Part shown: positions 1 through 11,754 of the stretch, in pieces
Layout: every line of letters starts with the position of its first letter
Numbering within the stretch: position 1 is the first letter of the stretch
The notes under the pieces: generated by a model
What the model was told of the DNA's origin: nothing
The model's database searches: none
The model's input: the letters and a program-made list of their open reading frames with translations, nothing else
Made by a program: the position numbers and the translations under genes
Origin: Phoronis australis
Lineage: Eukaryota; Animalia; Phoronida
Length of the DNA: 64,000 nucleotides
Direction: 5' to 3'
NCBI GenBank assembly: GCA_002633005.1
Contig: NMRA01000232.1
Coordinates: forward strand, 1 to 64,000

Positions 1-1866
1 GTTGAATTTCAGATGAGTCCGACTACTGTGTCGCACTCTAGTGGCAATTTTGTTTTTTTTGCGTCTGGGGAGGAATCACCTTAATCCTCTGAAGGAGCTT
101 TGTGAAATTTGAAAGATGTATTCCCATGGAGCCGACGACAAACGGTAACGAGTGTTGAACTGTTGCAAATACCACTATGCTCCCTAGTGGCAAAATGTTT
201 TTTACGTTTAGCTCTCTATCTTTGGAATTCATAAATGTATTTTCATGAAAGTCGGCGAATAAGTTTCCATTAAGGAGACGACAACGTCTTCCCATTTTTG
301 GACAGATTTGATGTTTTCTGCTCCACATGGTGCCATTTAAAAAAATAATCGGCGTATGCTTTTGACGTCCGCCTCACTACTGAAACAATCATTATGAAAA
401 TTGACGACTGTGTGCTTTGACCCCGGTTGACGTTTATTTTCGGATGTTTTCGACTATTCTAGTGCCTCCAAGGGACAATTTTATTTTTTGCGTCTACGGC
501 TGTATCTCCTCAACCCTTTGTAGGATCTCGGCGAAATTGGGCAGATGGGCTCCTATAGACATGACAACAGATGGCGATGAATTTCAGACTAATCAGTCTA
601 TAGCTGTGCCCCTTGTGTCAATTGTTTTTTACGTTTGCCTCTAAATTTTTGGAGTTCCTTGGCTTAGTTTCATGAAATTTGGCGAATAGTTGTGCACTAC
701 AGATATCTTCAGACACCTTCTGAATTCGGGTGGGTTTGATGCACTCTGCGCCATCTAATGCCCGTTTTTATGATATTAACACCCCTAGAAGCACACCGCT
801 TGCGCATTTCAACGCTCTGCATTGCCCTTGTTTAATACGAAACCATGATAATTATCGAATATTCTGTACGTGAGTGTATTTTGCATTACACAAGCGAGTG
901 TGTAGTCCAAATTCACACCTGATGACTTCTAGATTCAAACTACAAAATCCAGTAAAAACTTGAGATTTCGAGTTCAGACTTGAACTTATAGCTTTAACCT
1001 AGGGGTCATCGAGTGCCATCCAAAATAAAAGAGAGCACTTAAATCATCACTCTCAAAAATAATTTTAAACTGCATATCACACCTCAAGACTTGTCAGTCC
1101 CATTGACATCATTCTAACTTCCTCGCAACCACCTAATAATCCTATACAGATCAATATGCGGACTATTCCTGAACAACTAGAAATTTAGACATAACTTTTA
1201 TAATATTTCATCTGTGTTCCTGTGGATACACTCAGACAAATGTTCGTGTTTTCTTTGCGTGTGAGATATGCGGGGAGCAGAGGGTACAGTTTTCCAGACA
1301 CTCGAACAGTACTCCAGTGTTTACAAACAATATTCTGATATTCCTCAAATGTATAAATTTTTCTAATTGGGTGTAAAGAACTCAACCCAAATGAAAATAA
1401 GATTTTATTCGAAATAGTATCAAAATTTCTTTTTAATATTAAATCTCTTTGTGAGTCGATAAAATTGTGTACATGTAAAATAACTTATTGTGCATGAAAA
1501 TGATTTATTTACATTCGTTATCGTATGTCATTGTAATCTTAACATCAGTTCTTTAATTTATGTATTTGTTTATAGTAACTGTATAATTTGTATTTATTTA
1601 ACCCAGATACAGTGGCTCTTGGCGCTTGCTGGGCATGTATATTCACTGTACTGAAGATTTCATGATAAACGTTAAAAAATCAAGTGCAAAATAGGACTAC
1701 TCAGTTAATCCAGGGAAACCATAATAGAGCCTACATGTTAACAATAACTTTGAGTTCGATTTCGAGTAAAAAGATTATATTTTACAAAGTGAATGCTGTA
1801 GTTATCAGGTTTACTACCTCTTGCTGCTCACCGACTGAAATAGAAGGTGCAATTTTCTTCCAACAG

Positions 1867-3426
1867 GCAGTCGTGGTTTTCTCGTGGGTGCGTTACTCTC
1901 CCTCGTCCTACGGCACTTACCAACTGCCAATGTGGGCTAATGGTATTGGCTGGGCTATGACTGCTAGCGTGCTGGTCGGTCTTTTTGTGACTTTCTTCGG
2001 CATGATCATTTACTACAGCCTACGCGGAAGCGTAAGTCGAGTGTTATTTCAATTTGCTGTCTCGTTATAATGTTTCTCATCACACCCCAGTGTTCATGGT
2101 TGAAACCTCGTTTCCAATGTAATTTAGAATCCTAGATGGAACTGGAAATTCACGAGGTGTCCCAAGTGACGCGCATGACTTCTCCATACAAATGCCTGCG
2201 TTCAGGTAAATCTTATCACACGAACGCCTTTATGCTTTTTAATTGCTTTCTGCTCTCGATCCATTTAGATTTCAAAAAGAGGGACTTTTGTTAAGTAGCA
2301 CCACCTAGCAGGGCTGTCATAATTGTTGTTTTAAGTCAACTGGCATAGCAGGGAACTGAGGATCCCTTACCAGCAGAACTGGCCATTGGAATAGAAACAT
2401 CAGTGGCTGTTAAAACGTCACACGTTTGAACACTCGACTTCAAAATCATAATTACTGTGACGTGCAGCCTTGTCAATTCAGTCGTTGCACGTATCTCAAT
2501 CTCGTTTCTAACCCTAATCAGTTTTGTGAAGAGTCCCAATTTTGTCAAAACTATCGCATCGTGCAAATGTCGCACGACCCTCGAACGAATTTATGAGACA
2601 TTTTGCGTGTTTCGTGATCGTGTTTATATTGGATATTGGTTCAGTTGGCGCTTTTCTATTTCCCTACAGCCGCTGGATGCGTTCCGTCCCACTAAGGAGT
2701 GGGGACCAGCCCTCGTCAAACATAGACGACTTATCACTTACGTCCCTGGATTTGTCATTGACCCCAACGAGGACCAAGCACCAGTACTTGGGGAGAAACC
2801 GGTGAGATAAAAGCACTTAAAACTAAGCGTTACGTGTTGTTGGCCTTGGAAATTTTTAAGAATTGAAATTTGTATCACTGAGTGGTACTGTTAGTAACTG
2901 ATTGCCTTTGTTCCCTAGGATCGAATTTCTTTAATTTTTATTTTTTTGTAAGCTCATGAAACATATAATTTCAAAATCCTTAATGATGAAAGAAATTGAA
3001 TTATTATGTACACCAATAAATAGTATTTTTTTATAGAGAACACCGCCACGTCCACAAATGTGATTTTTTAAGCCAGAAAGCTCCAGTATAAAAATGATGT
3101 CAACATTTTTTGAAAAACGGAAGTTTAAGATTATTTTAGAGCTAACAACTCCATTGATTTGCAATTGATTGTTAAAAAGATATTTGATCCTTGGCAACTA
3201 AGGTTGTCACTAATCTTAATTAATCTGCTGGAAAATTTCTATTTTTTTATGGAAGTATCAAAGTTTCTGAAGATTCCAAATGCTAATTTTTGCATGTTTC
3301 ATTATCTTTTTGGTTCGACACCATTTTAATATGAATTTCAATTTGCTTTTGATTATATTTCAGGCGGATCCAAACTGGCATTATGAAAATCCTGGGTTTG
3401 TTGCCGATGACGGAAACGAGGTTTAG
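1867..3426 (+). CDS. SLC6 (Na+/Cl- dependent neurotransmitter/amino-acid transporter) gene, last three coding exons; 5' part outside the window
   Basis: Exons 1867-2031, 2670-2801 and 3364-3426, all AG/GT bounded, phase 0. They translate to AVVVFSWVRYSPSSYGTYQLPMWANGIGWAMTASVLVGLFVTFFGMIIYYSLRGS / PLDAFRPTKEWGPALVKHRR... / ADPNWHYENPGFVADDGNEV*. The YG-Y--P-W---IGW TM12 motif and the P---WGP tail motif are typical of SLC6. AATAAA at 4067-4072. Confidence 0.9.
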
Positions 3427-5014
3427 AACTTAAAAAATCTACAGTTTTAATCTCCTCTGAAAGCTCTTATCATGTGCATACGTCCTTGAGTGACCGTTGT
3501 CAAATGTATAAGAATATTTCCAAAGGCATTGTACGGTAAACCCAGTAGGGGTAATTGAGAATTCTAGCACTACATGTAATTTTGTATGTTATTTTACCTA
3601 TTTTATCTTCTGCCTATATTTTGTGTAATGAATCCACATTCCAGCTGTAAAGAGTGTGCGTAATTTTAAATTTCGGTAACGCATATTCCTTTTAAACATC
3701 GTGATAAATTAACATGTCACACTGGATGTAAGCATTGGACTGTTGACTTTGTTCTAACATGAGAACATTCAAGCGGTTTTAAATGTACATAATCTGGTTT
3801 AGGGTCGAAAACTCTTAAAATTATTTGTATTCTTTGAAGTTTTTTTGCAATTAAAATAGTTTTAAACAAACAAATAAAGCATAAAAGCGTGATTATATTA
3901 CAAATCGCCAATCCATTCTCTGTGACTATCAGTTAAGCAAAATTAGTGTTCTACACTACATTTTGATACTAAATCCTCTGTTAGTCCCTGTGCGATTTTG
4001 AATTTTATACATAACGATTTTGTATATTTTATCATGTACATTGCCAGACTGTATACCATTTTAAATAATAAAGGTTACTTTACATGGACTGATCTCGTCA
4101 TTGTCAAGGGTGACTGATTTTACAGTGCGTTATTGACATAACGGCGTATTGTCAACTTTTGATTTGATATTCTCTGAGAAGAAAAAGCAACCGTACGGTA
4201 TTCTAAACTGCAAGTAGTTCGTGACCTGAGACTGACTTAAACTCACAGAGGGGCTTGGACCCGGGCTGTAGTACATAGATGTAAAGTAACATTTAGGAAA
4301 AGGATTTCTGTGTTGGTGAAAAATGTAGAGTGGAGACAAAAAATTTTATGAATACTCAGACCACCGAATTCAGCAATGTATTTGGACACTAGTAACTGTC
4401 AGCGGGGCTGTAAACACCAAGTAAGCCTACATTTTCTTGTTGAAGAGTGGAGACCATTCGTTATGAACTGTCGTTTAAAAAGTATTCATATTATATCTCG
4501 CAACAGTTAGATTGCCAAATAATGCGTGATCAGCTTCCGCTTTCACTTAGGCAGTTCAGTGTGCTCGTAGCACGCCATATGCGCTATCCATCACTATCAG
4601 TCGCAGTGGATTTCTCGTATCTTTTCATCATGCCAACATAGTAGGCGTTGGTTCCAGATTGATGATGCCTGGAGCATCCTAACACAGATTCACTTTTGAT
4701 TTGCTGATTTGCTGCCTAAAAGCACCATTTCAGTTTTGCGTGTCGCCATACATTCAAATTCACAAGTAGATAAAGTTGTTTTTTACACTTCCCAGTTTAT
4801 CTATTAGCAGGTGTTTCGGTCGAGGAAATCTTGGAAAGTCATTGTTTTGAAAATACATTTTAATTTAAGCAAAACTATGCGACTATATGTTAAGATGACG
4901 TCATTATAACTTCAGCCTTAGATTCAATGTTTTAGACTTAAGCATACTCTGCTTCAGAAATGGTGAATATTCGTCCTATTCCATTGGCAGTCCGCAAAAT
5001 GTACAAATCTACTC

Positions 5015-5114
5015 AAAAAGGCGAGTAGTGGTTCTCCACATTGCTATAGAGAATCCAACTGCTTTCGTCTCAGTGGAAGAGTTTCTTGGTTTGCCCACTA
5101 CACCACGGCTCGCC
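5015..5114 (-). pseudogene. Array small RNA copy 1, with a 13-nt deletion in the 3' stem strand (probable pseudogene)
   Basis: Reads aaaaaggcgagtagtgg instead of aaaaagacgagtgtcggtttggagtagtgg, a deletion between two gagt direct repeats. Confidence 0.55.
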
Positions 5115-5712
5115 TAGTTATGCTGTCAAGAGAAAGTTGTATATGAAGCTTCGTCTGCTGTTGTGCAATCTAACATTGGAAGTGGTGCAACAGACTACAA
5201 CTGTGACAACTATTGGTGAAAATTAAATGAATGTAATGTGGTGCCAGTCCGGCGGAACACCTTATAACATATTAATACCGATTTAAGATCGACTGTCTCT
5301 CCAAAACCCTGCTGTCTGTATGTTTGTAAGTCTTCTGTAGGTTTCTGGAATTTCTGGAGATATAAGCCTGAGACACCGTCTAACGTCACTTTCGTTTTCT
5401 GACCTTCCTGTTAGTATTAAAAAGCACGGAGACGTTTGTGTAGGACCACCCAGTCGCATTAACGTACAGTGATTTATTTAAAACAAAATTGGAATACTAA
5501 ACATTTTAAACGTTATAAATGAACTTGCTTTGTCGCCCGGACGATTCCGCCATTCTTTCAGTTTCATTCCTTGTTGAGGTAGTGGAATTTCATTGACAAA
5601 CATCATTTAGTGAATTATGTTTTCAATAAAAATGGAAAAGTATCTGAAATACTGTTGAAAATTAACACGCACTGTGTTTACGTTTTTCATCACCAGCAAA
5701 TCTACACGTAGC

Positions 5713-5825
5713 AAAAAGACGAGTGTCGGTACGGAGTAGTGGTTCTCCACATTGCTATAGAGAATCCAACTGCTTTCGTCTCAGTGGAAGAGTTTCTTGG
5801 TTTGCCCACTACACCATGGCTCGCC
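5713..5825 (-). ncRNA. Putative Pol III small RNA (Y/sbRNA- or vault-like), copy 2
   Basis: Minus strand GGCGAG...GTAGTGGG...CCACTAC...CTCGTC-TTTTT, with A-box TGGTGTAGTGG. Confidence 0.7.
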
Positions 5826-6626
5826 TAGTTATGCTATCAAGAGAATGTTGTATATGAAGCTTCGTCTGCTGTTGTGCAATCTAACACAGGAAGTGGTGCA
5901 ACAGACTGCAACCGTGGCAGATTTTTGAAACGTTATGCCCGTCGGAACACATTAATACTGATTTAATATCGACAGTCTGTCCAAAACGGTGCAGTTAGTA
6001 CGTTTGTAAATCTTTTATGACTTTCTAGAATTTCTGTAAATATAAGCCTCTGACAGCGTACAACGGAACTTGTGTTTTTTACATTCCTGTTACCAAAAAG
6101 TAAGGAGTTGTGTTGTAGAAAGAACTAACTTTCTAGAGACCAAGCCAAAAATCAATCTTGAAGTGGCGACGAAGAGACGAAGTTGAGCTATCAACTTTGA
6201 CACCAATCGCAGCTTGACGTCACTACACCGTATTAAAACTGTTTAATCTGACTGCCCAATCTCCTCAGTCCGCGATGAGCAACTTTTCTTATGATAGATC
6301 TTGAAATAAACGATGAAAAGACATTTGTCTGCTTGTTCAGAAGCGTTTGTTATTTAAACTAACCAAAATGCATTAAATTACAATGCTGGAATTAAACAAT
6401 ATAAAATATTTAAAATTTAGTGACGTTTGACTTTGTCATTGTGTTCCAGCATTCTTTCAAATTCAATTATCTTTGAGGTAATGCGAAGTTTTCGACAACC
6501 ATCATTTAATAAATTATATTTTCAATAAAAGTTCAAAGGATTCTGAAATTCTATTTCAAAGGAACACGCACTGCGGACGAGTTTTTAAGTTTTTCATCAT
6601 ACGTTCAAAACAAGCCTACAAGTAAC

Positions 6627-6739
6627 AAAAAGACGAGTGTCGGTTTGGAGTAGTGGTTCTCCACATTGCTGTAGAGAATCCAACTGCTTTCGTCTCAGTG
6701 GAAGAGTTTCTTGGTTTGCCCACTACACCACGGCTCGCC
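6627..6739 (-). ncRNA. Putative Pol III small RNA, copy 3
   Basis: Same 113-nt cassette with intact stems and T5 terminator. Confidence 0.72.
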
Positions 6740-7357
6740 TAGTTATGCTATCGAGAGAAAGTTGTATATGAAGCTTCGTCTGCTGTTGTGCAATCTTCCA
6801 CGGGAAGTTGTGCAACAGACAGCACAATTTTGACATCTATTGGTGAAACTTACATGAATGTAATGTGATGGCAGTCCGGCGGAACACCTTATAACATATT
6901 AATACCGATTTAAGATGGACTGTCTCTCCAAAACGCTGCAGTCTGTATGTTTGTAAATCTCTTGCAGGTTTCTGGAATTTCTGGAGATATAAGCCTGAGA
7001 CACCGCCTATCTTCACTTTCGTTTTCTGACCTTACTGATACTATTAAAAAGCACGGAGATGTTTGTGTAGGATCACCCAGTCGCACTAACGTACAGTGAT
7101 TTATTTAAAACAAAATTGAAATACTAAGCATTTTAAACATTATAAATGAACTTGCTTTGTCGCCGGGACGATTCCGTCATTCTTTCAATTTCATTCCTTT
7201 TTGAGGTAGTGGGATTTCATTGATAAACATCATTTAGTGAATTATATTTTCAATAAAAATGGAAAAGTATCTGAAATAATATTGAAAATTAACACGTACT
7301 ACGGACAACGATTGTTTACGTTTTTCATCACCAAGTTCGAAGCAAGCCTGCACTAGT

Positions 7358-7470
7358 AAAAAGACGAGTGTCGGTTTGGAGTAGTGGTTCTCCACATTGC
7401 TGTAGAATTCAACTGCTTTCGTCTCAGTGGAAGTGAGTTTCTGTTTTTGCCCACTACACCACGGCTCGCC
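7358..7470 (-). ncRNA. Putative Pol III small RNA, copy 4 (small indels in the central domain)
   Basis: Same cassette; its upstream element reads TTTATATA at about -30. Confidence 0.65.
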
Positions 7471-8302
7471 TAGTTATGCTATCAAGAGAAAGTTGTATAT
7501 AAAGCTTCGTCTGCTGTTGTGCAATCTAACACAGGAAGTGGTGCAACAGACTACAACAGTGACATCTGTTGGTGAAAGGTTGTACCACTCGAAATATATT
7601 AATACCGATTTAATAACAAATGTCTGTCCAAAACGGTGCAGTTTGTACGTTTTCAAATCTTTTGTAGGTTTTTTTAATATCTGTTAATGTAAGACTCTGG
7701 TAATTATAACTGGACGTTTGTTTTCGAACTTTCGTGTTTCCAAAAAGTAAGGAATTGTGTTGGAAACATGCACGTGCGGTGTAGAAACAACTAACTTTCT
7801 AGAGACAGAGCGTAAAATAAACCTTGCATTTGTGTTGAATAGACAAAGAACCAAACGTGAGCGATCAACTTTGACCCCAGTAGCAGCCAAACGTCATCAA
7901 ACCGTTCTGTTTGATCTGATTGCCCTATCTCGTCAGTCTGCGATGAGCAACTTTTCATATGATAGATCTTGTAATAAACGATGAAAAAGACATTTGTCTG
8001 CTTGTTCAGAAGCGTTTGTTATTTAAACTAACCAAAATGCATTATATTAAAATGCTTGAATCAAAACACAATTCAAAATATTTAAAAGTTAGTGACGTTT
8101 GACTTTGTCATAGTGTGTCGGCATTCTTTCAAATTCAATTGTCTTTGAGGTAATGTAAAGTTTTCGACAACCATCATTTAATCAATTATATTTTCAATAA
8201 AAGTGAAAAGGTATTTGAAATATTATTGGAAAGGAACACGCTCTGCGGACAAACAGTTTCTAAGTCTTTCATCATTACGTTCGAAGCAAGTCTACACGTA
8301 AC

Positions 8303-8415
8303 AAAAAGACGAGTGTCGATTTGGAGTAGTGATTCTCCTCATTGCTGTAGAGAATCCAACTGCTTTTGTCTCAGTGGAAGAGTTTCTTGGTTTGCCCACT
8401 ACACCACGGCTCGCC
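8303..8415 (-). ncRNA. Putative Pol III small RNA, copy 5
   Basis: Same cassette with a few substitutions. Confidence 0.68.
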
Positions 8416-9244
8416 TAGTTATGATATCAAGAGAAAAGTGTATATGAAGCTTCGTCTGCTGTTGTGCAATCTAACACAGGAAGTGGTGCAATTGACTACA
8501 ACCGTGACGTCTAGTGGTGAAAGGTTGTACCAGTCGAAATATATTAATACGCCGATTTAACAACAAATGTCTGTCCAAAACGGTGCAGTTTGTATGTTTG
8601 CAAATCTTTTGTAGGTTTCTGGAATATCTGTTAATGTAAGACTCTGATAATGTATAAATGGACATTTGTTTTCGGACTTTCGTGTTTCCAAAAAGCCAGT
8701 AAGGAGTTGTGTTGGAAGCATGCACGTGCGTTGTAGAAACAACTAACTTTCTAGAGACAAAACGAAACATAAATCTTGAATTGGTGTTGAATAGACGAAG
8801 AACCAAACGTGAGCGATCAACTTTGACCCCAGTAGCAGCCAAACCGTTCTGTTTGATTTGATTACCCTATCTCGTCAGTCTGCGATGAGCAACTTTTCAT
8901 ATGATAGATCTTGTAATAAATGATGAAAAAGTTATTTGTCTGCTTGCTCAGAAGCGTTTGTTATTTTAACTAACCAAAACGCATTATATTAAAATGCTTG
9001 AATCAAAACACAATTTAAAATATTTAAAAGTTAGTGATGTTTGACTTTGTCATAGTGTGTCGGCATTCTTTCAAATTCAATTGTCTTTGAGATAATGTAA
9101 AGTTTTCGACAACCATACTTTAATCAATTATATTTTTAATAAAAGTGAAAAGGTACTTGAAATATTATAGGAAAGGAACACGCTCTGCGTACAAACAGTT
9201 TCTAAGTCTTTCATCATAACGTTCGAAGCAAGCGTGCACGTAGC

Positions 9245-9357
9245 AAAAAGACGAGTGTCGATACGGAGTAGTGGTTCTCCACATTACTGTAGAGAATCCA
9301 ACTGTTTTTGTCTCAGTGGAAGAGTTTCTTGGTTTGCCTACTACACCACGGCTCGTC
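9245..9357 (-). ncRNA. Putative Pol III small RNA, copy 6 (more substitutions)
   Basis: Same cassette; begins GACGAG, tetraloop is GUAA, one mismatch in the GUAGUGG helix. Confidence 0.62.
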
Positions 9358-10205
9358 TAGTTATGCTGTCAAAAGAAAGTTGTACACGAAACTTCGTCTG
9401 CTGTTATGCAATCTAACACAGGAAGTGGTGCAACAGACTACAACCGTGACATTTATTGGTGAAACGTGATACCCGTCGGAACACATTAATACCAATTCAA
9501 TATCGACTGTCTGTTCAAAACGGTGCAGTTTGTACGTTTGTAAAGCTTTTGTAATTTTCTAGAATTTCTGTAAATATAAGCCTCTGACAGCGTACAACGG
9601 GACGTCTGTTTTTGACTTTCCTGTTACCAAAAAGGAAGGAGTTGTGTTGGAAGCGTGCATTTGCGTAGTAGAAACAATTAACTTTTCTAGAGACCAAGCG
9701 AAAAATCAACCTTGAATTGGCGACAAATAGACGAAGTGCCAAAGTTGAGCGATCAACTTTGACACCAGTAGCATCAAACGCCAGCACACCGTTTCAAAAC
9801 TGTTTGAACCCAATTGCGCTACCTTATCAGTCCGCGATGAGTAACTTATCATATAGATCTTGAAATAAACGATGGAATAGACATTTGTCTACTTGTTCAG
9901 AGGTGTTTGTTATTAAAACTAACCCAAATGCATGCAAGTACAATGCTTTAATTTAAACAGAATTTAAAATATTTGATATTTATCAAAACGTTTTAGATGC
10001 AACTGACTTTGCCATTGTGTTCCGGCATTCTTTCAAATTCACTTGTCTTTGCAGTAATCCGAAGTTACTGACAACCATCCTTTAGTAAATTATATTTTCA
10101 GCAAATACGAAATGGTATCTGAAATTCTATTTGAAAGGAACACGCTCTGTGGACAACGAGTTTTTAAATTTTTCAACATACGTTCGAAGCAAGCCTGAAT
10201 GTAGC

Positions 10206-10318
10206 AAAAAGACGAGTGTCGGTTTGGAGTAGTGGTTCTCCACATTGCTGTAGAGAATCCAACTGCTTTTGTCTCAGTGGAAGAGTTTCTTGGTTTGCCC
10301 ACTACACCACGGCTCGCC
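10206..10318 (-). ncRNA. Putative Pol III small RNA, copy 7
   Basis: Consensus-like cassette; 9-bp GCAA-capped hairpin at 10236-10257. Confidence 0.72.
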
Positions 10319-10936
10319 TAGTTATGCTATCAAGAGAAAGTTGTATATGAAGCTTCGTCTGCTGTTGTGCAATCTTCCACGGGAAGTTGTGCAATAGACA
10401 GCACAACTGTGACATCTATTGGTGAAAATTACACGAAGGTAATGTGGTGGCAGTCCGGCGGAACACCTTATAACATATTAATACCGATTTAAGATGGACT
10501 GTCTCTCCAAAACGCTGCAGTCTGTATGTTTGTAAATCTCTTGTAGGTTTCTGGAATTTCTGGAGATATAAGCCTGAGACACCGCCTATCTTCACTTTCG
10601 TTTTCTGACCTTCCTGTTACTATTAAAAAGCACGGAGATATTTGTGTATGATCACCCAGTCGCACTAACGTGCAGTGATTTATTTAAAACAAAATTGAAA
10701 TACTAAATATTTTAAACATTATAAATGAACTTGCTTTGTCGCCGGGACGTTTCCTTCATTCTTTCAATTTCATTCCTTTTTGAGGTAGTGGGATGTCATT
10801 GATCAACATCATTTAGTGAATTATATTTTCAATAAAAATGGAAAAGTATCTGAAATAATATTGAAAATTAACACGCACTGCGGACAACGAGTGTTAACGT
10901 TTTTCATCATACGTTCGAAGCAAGCCTACACGTAGC

Positions 10937-11051
10937 AAAAAGACGAGTGTCGGTTTGGAGTAGTGGTTCTCCACATTGCTGTAGAGAATCCAACTGCTTT
11001 TGTCTCAGTGGAAGTGAGTTTCTTGGTTTGCCCACTACACCACGGCTCGCC
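10937..11051 (-). ncRNA. Putative Pol III small RNA, copy 8
   Basis: Same cassette with a 2-nt insertion shared with copy 4. Confidence 0.7.
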
Positions 11052-11641
11052 TAGTTATGCTATCAAGAGAAATTTGTATATGAAGCTTCGTCTGCTGTTG
11101 TGCAATCTTCCACAGGATGTGGTGCAATAGACGACAACTGTGACATCTATTGGTGAAAATTACACGAAGGTAATGTGGTGGCAGTCCGGCGGAACACCTT
11201 ATATTATATTAATACCGATTTAAGATCGACTGTCTCTCCAAAACGCTGCTGCCTGTATGTTTGTAGGTTTCTGGAATTTCTGGAGATATAAGCCTGAGAC
11301 ACCGCCTATCTTCACTTTCGTTTTCTGACCTCCCTGTTACTATTAAAAAGCACGGAGATGTTTGTGTATGATCACCCAGTCGCACTAACGTACAGTGATT
11401 TATTTAAAACAAAATTGGAATACTAAAATTTTTTAAACGTTAAAAATGAACTTGCTTTGTCGCCGTGACGATTCCGCCATTCTTTGAGGTAATGGGATTT
11501 TATTGATAAATATCATTTAGTGAATTATATTTTCAATAAAAATGGAAAAGTATATGAAATACTATTGGAAAGTAACATGCACTGCTGACAACGAGTGTTA
11601 ACGTTTTTCATCATAACGTTCGAAGCAAGTCTACACGTAGC

Positions 11642-11754
11642 AAAAAGACGAGTGTCGGTACGGAGTAGTGGTTCTCCACATTGCTGTAGAGAATCCAACT
11701 GCTTTTGTCTCAGTGGAAGAGTTTCTTGGTTTGCCCACTACACCACGGCTCGCC
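11642..11754 (-). ncRNA. Putative Pol III small RNA, copy 9
   Basis: Same cassette; continuous upstream similarity persists to about 11830. Confidence 0.7.

Noticed and set aside
1-800. Loosely repeated motifs (tgaatttcaga..., ggcgaata, ctctagtggcaa)
   Set aside because: Probably a decayed transposon-internal repeat in an SLC6 intron; boundaries and family could not be supported.
6680-6705. Hammerhead ribozyme core (CTGAGACGAAA on the minus strand)
   Set aside because: It lacks CUGANGA plus stem II, and copies 5-9 have CAAAA instead of CGAAA.
7427-10302. Short ORFs repeated in the array (e.g. HHGSPSYAIKRK, MAATGVKVDRS)
   Set aside because: Frames and stops differ between copies, so they are by-products of the repeat.
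10206-10318. tRNA or tRNA-derived SINE, given the A-box TGGTGTAGTGG
   Set aside because: No cloverleaf, no GTTCRA T-loop inside the unit, and no tail or TSD; the upstream flank is co-conserved.
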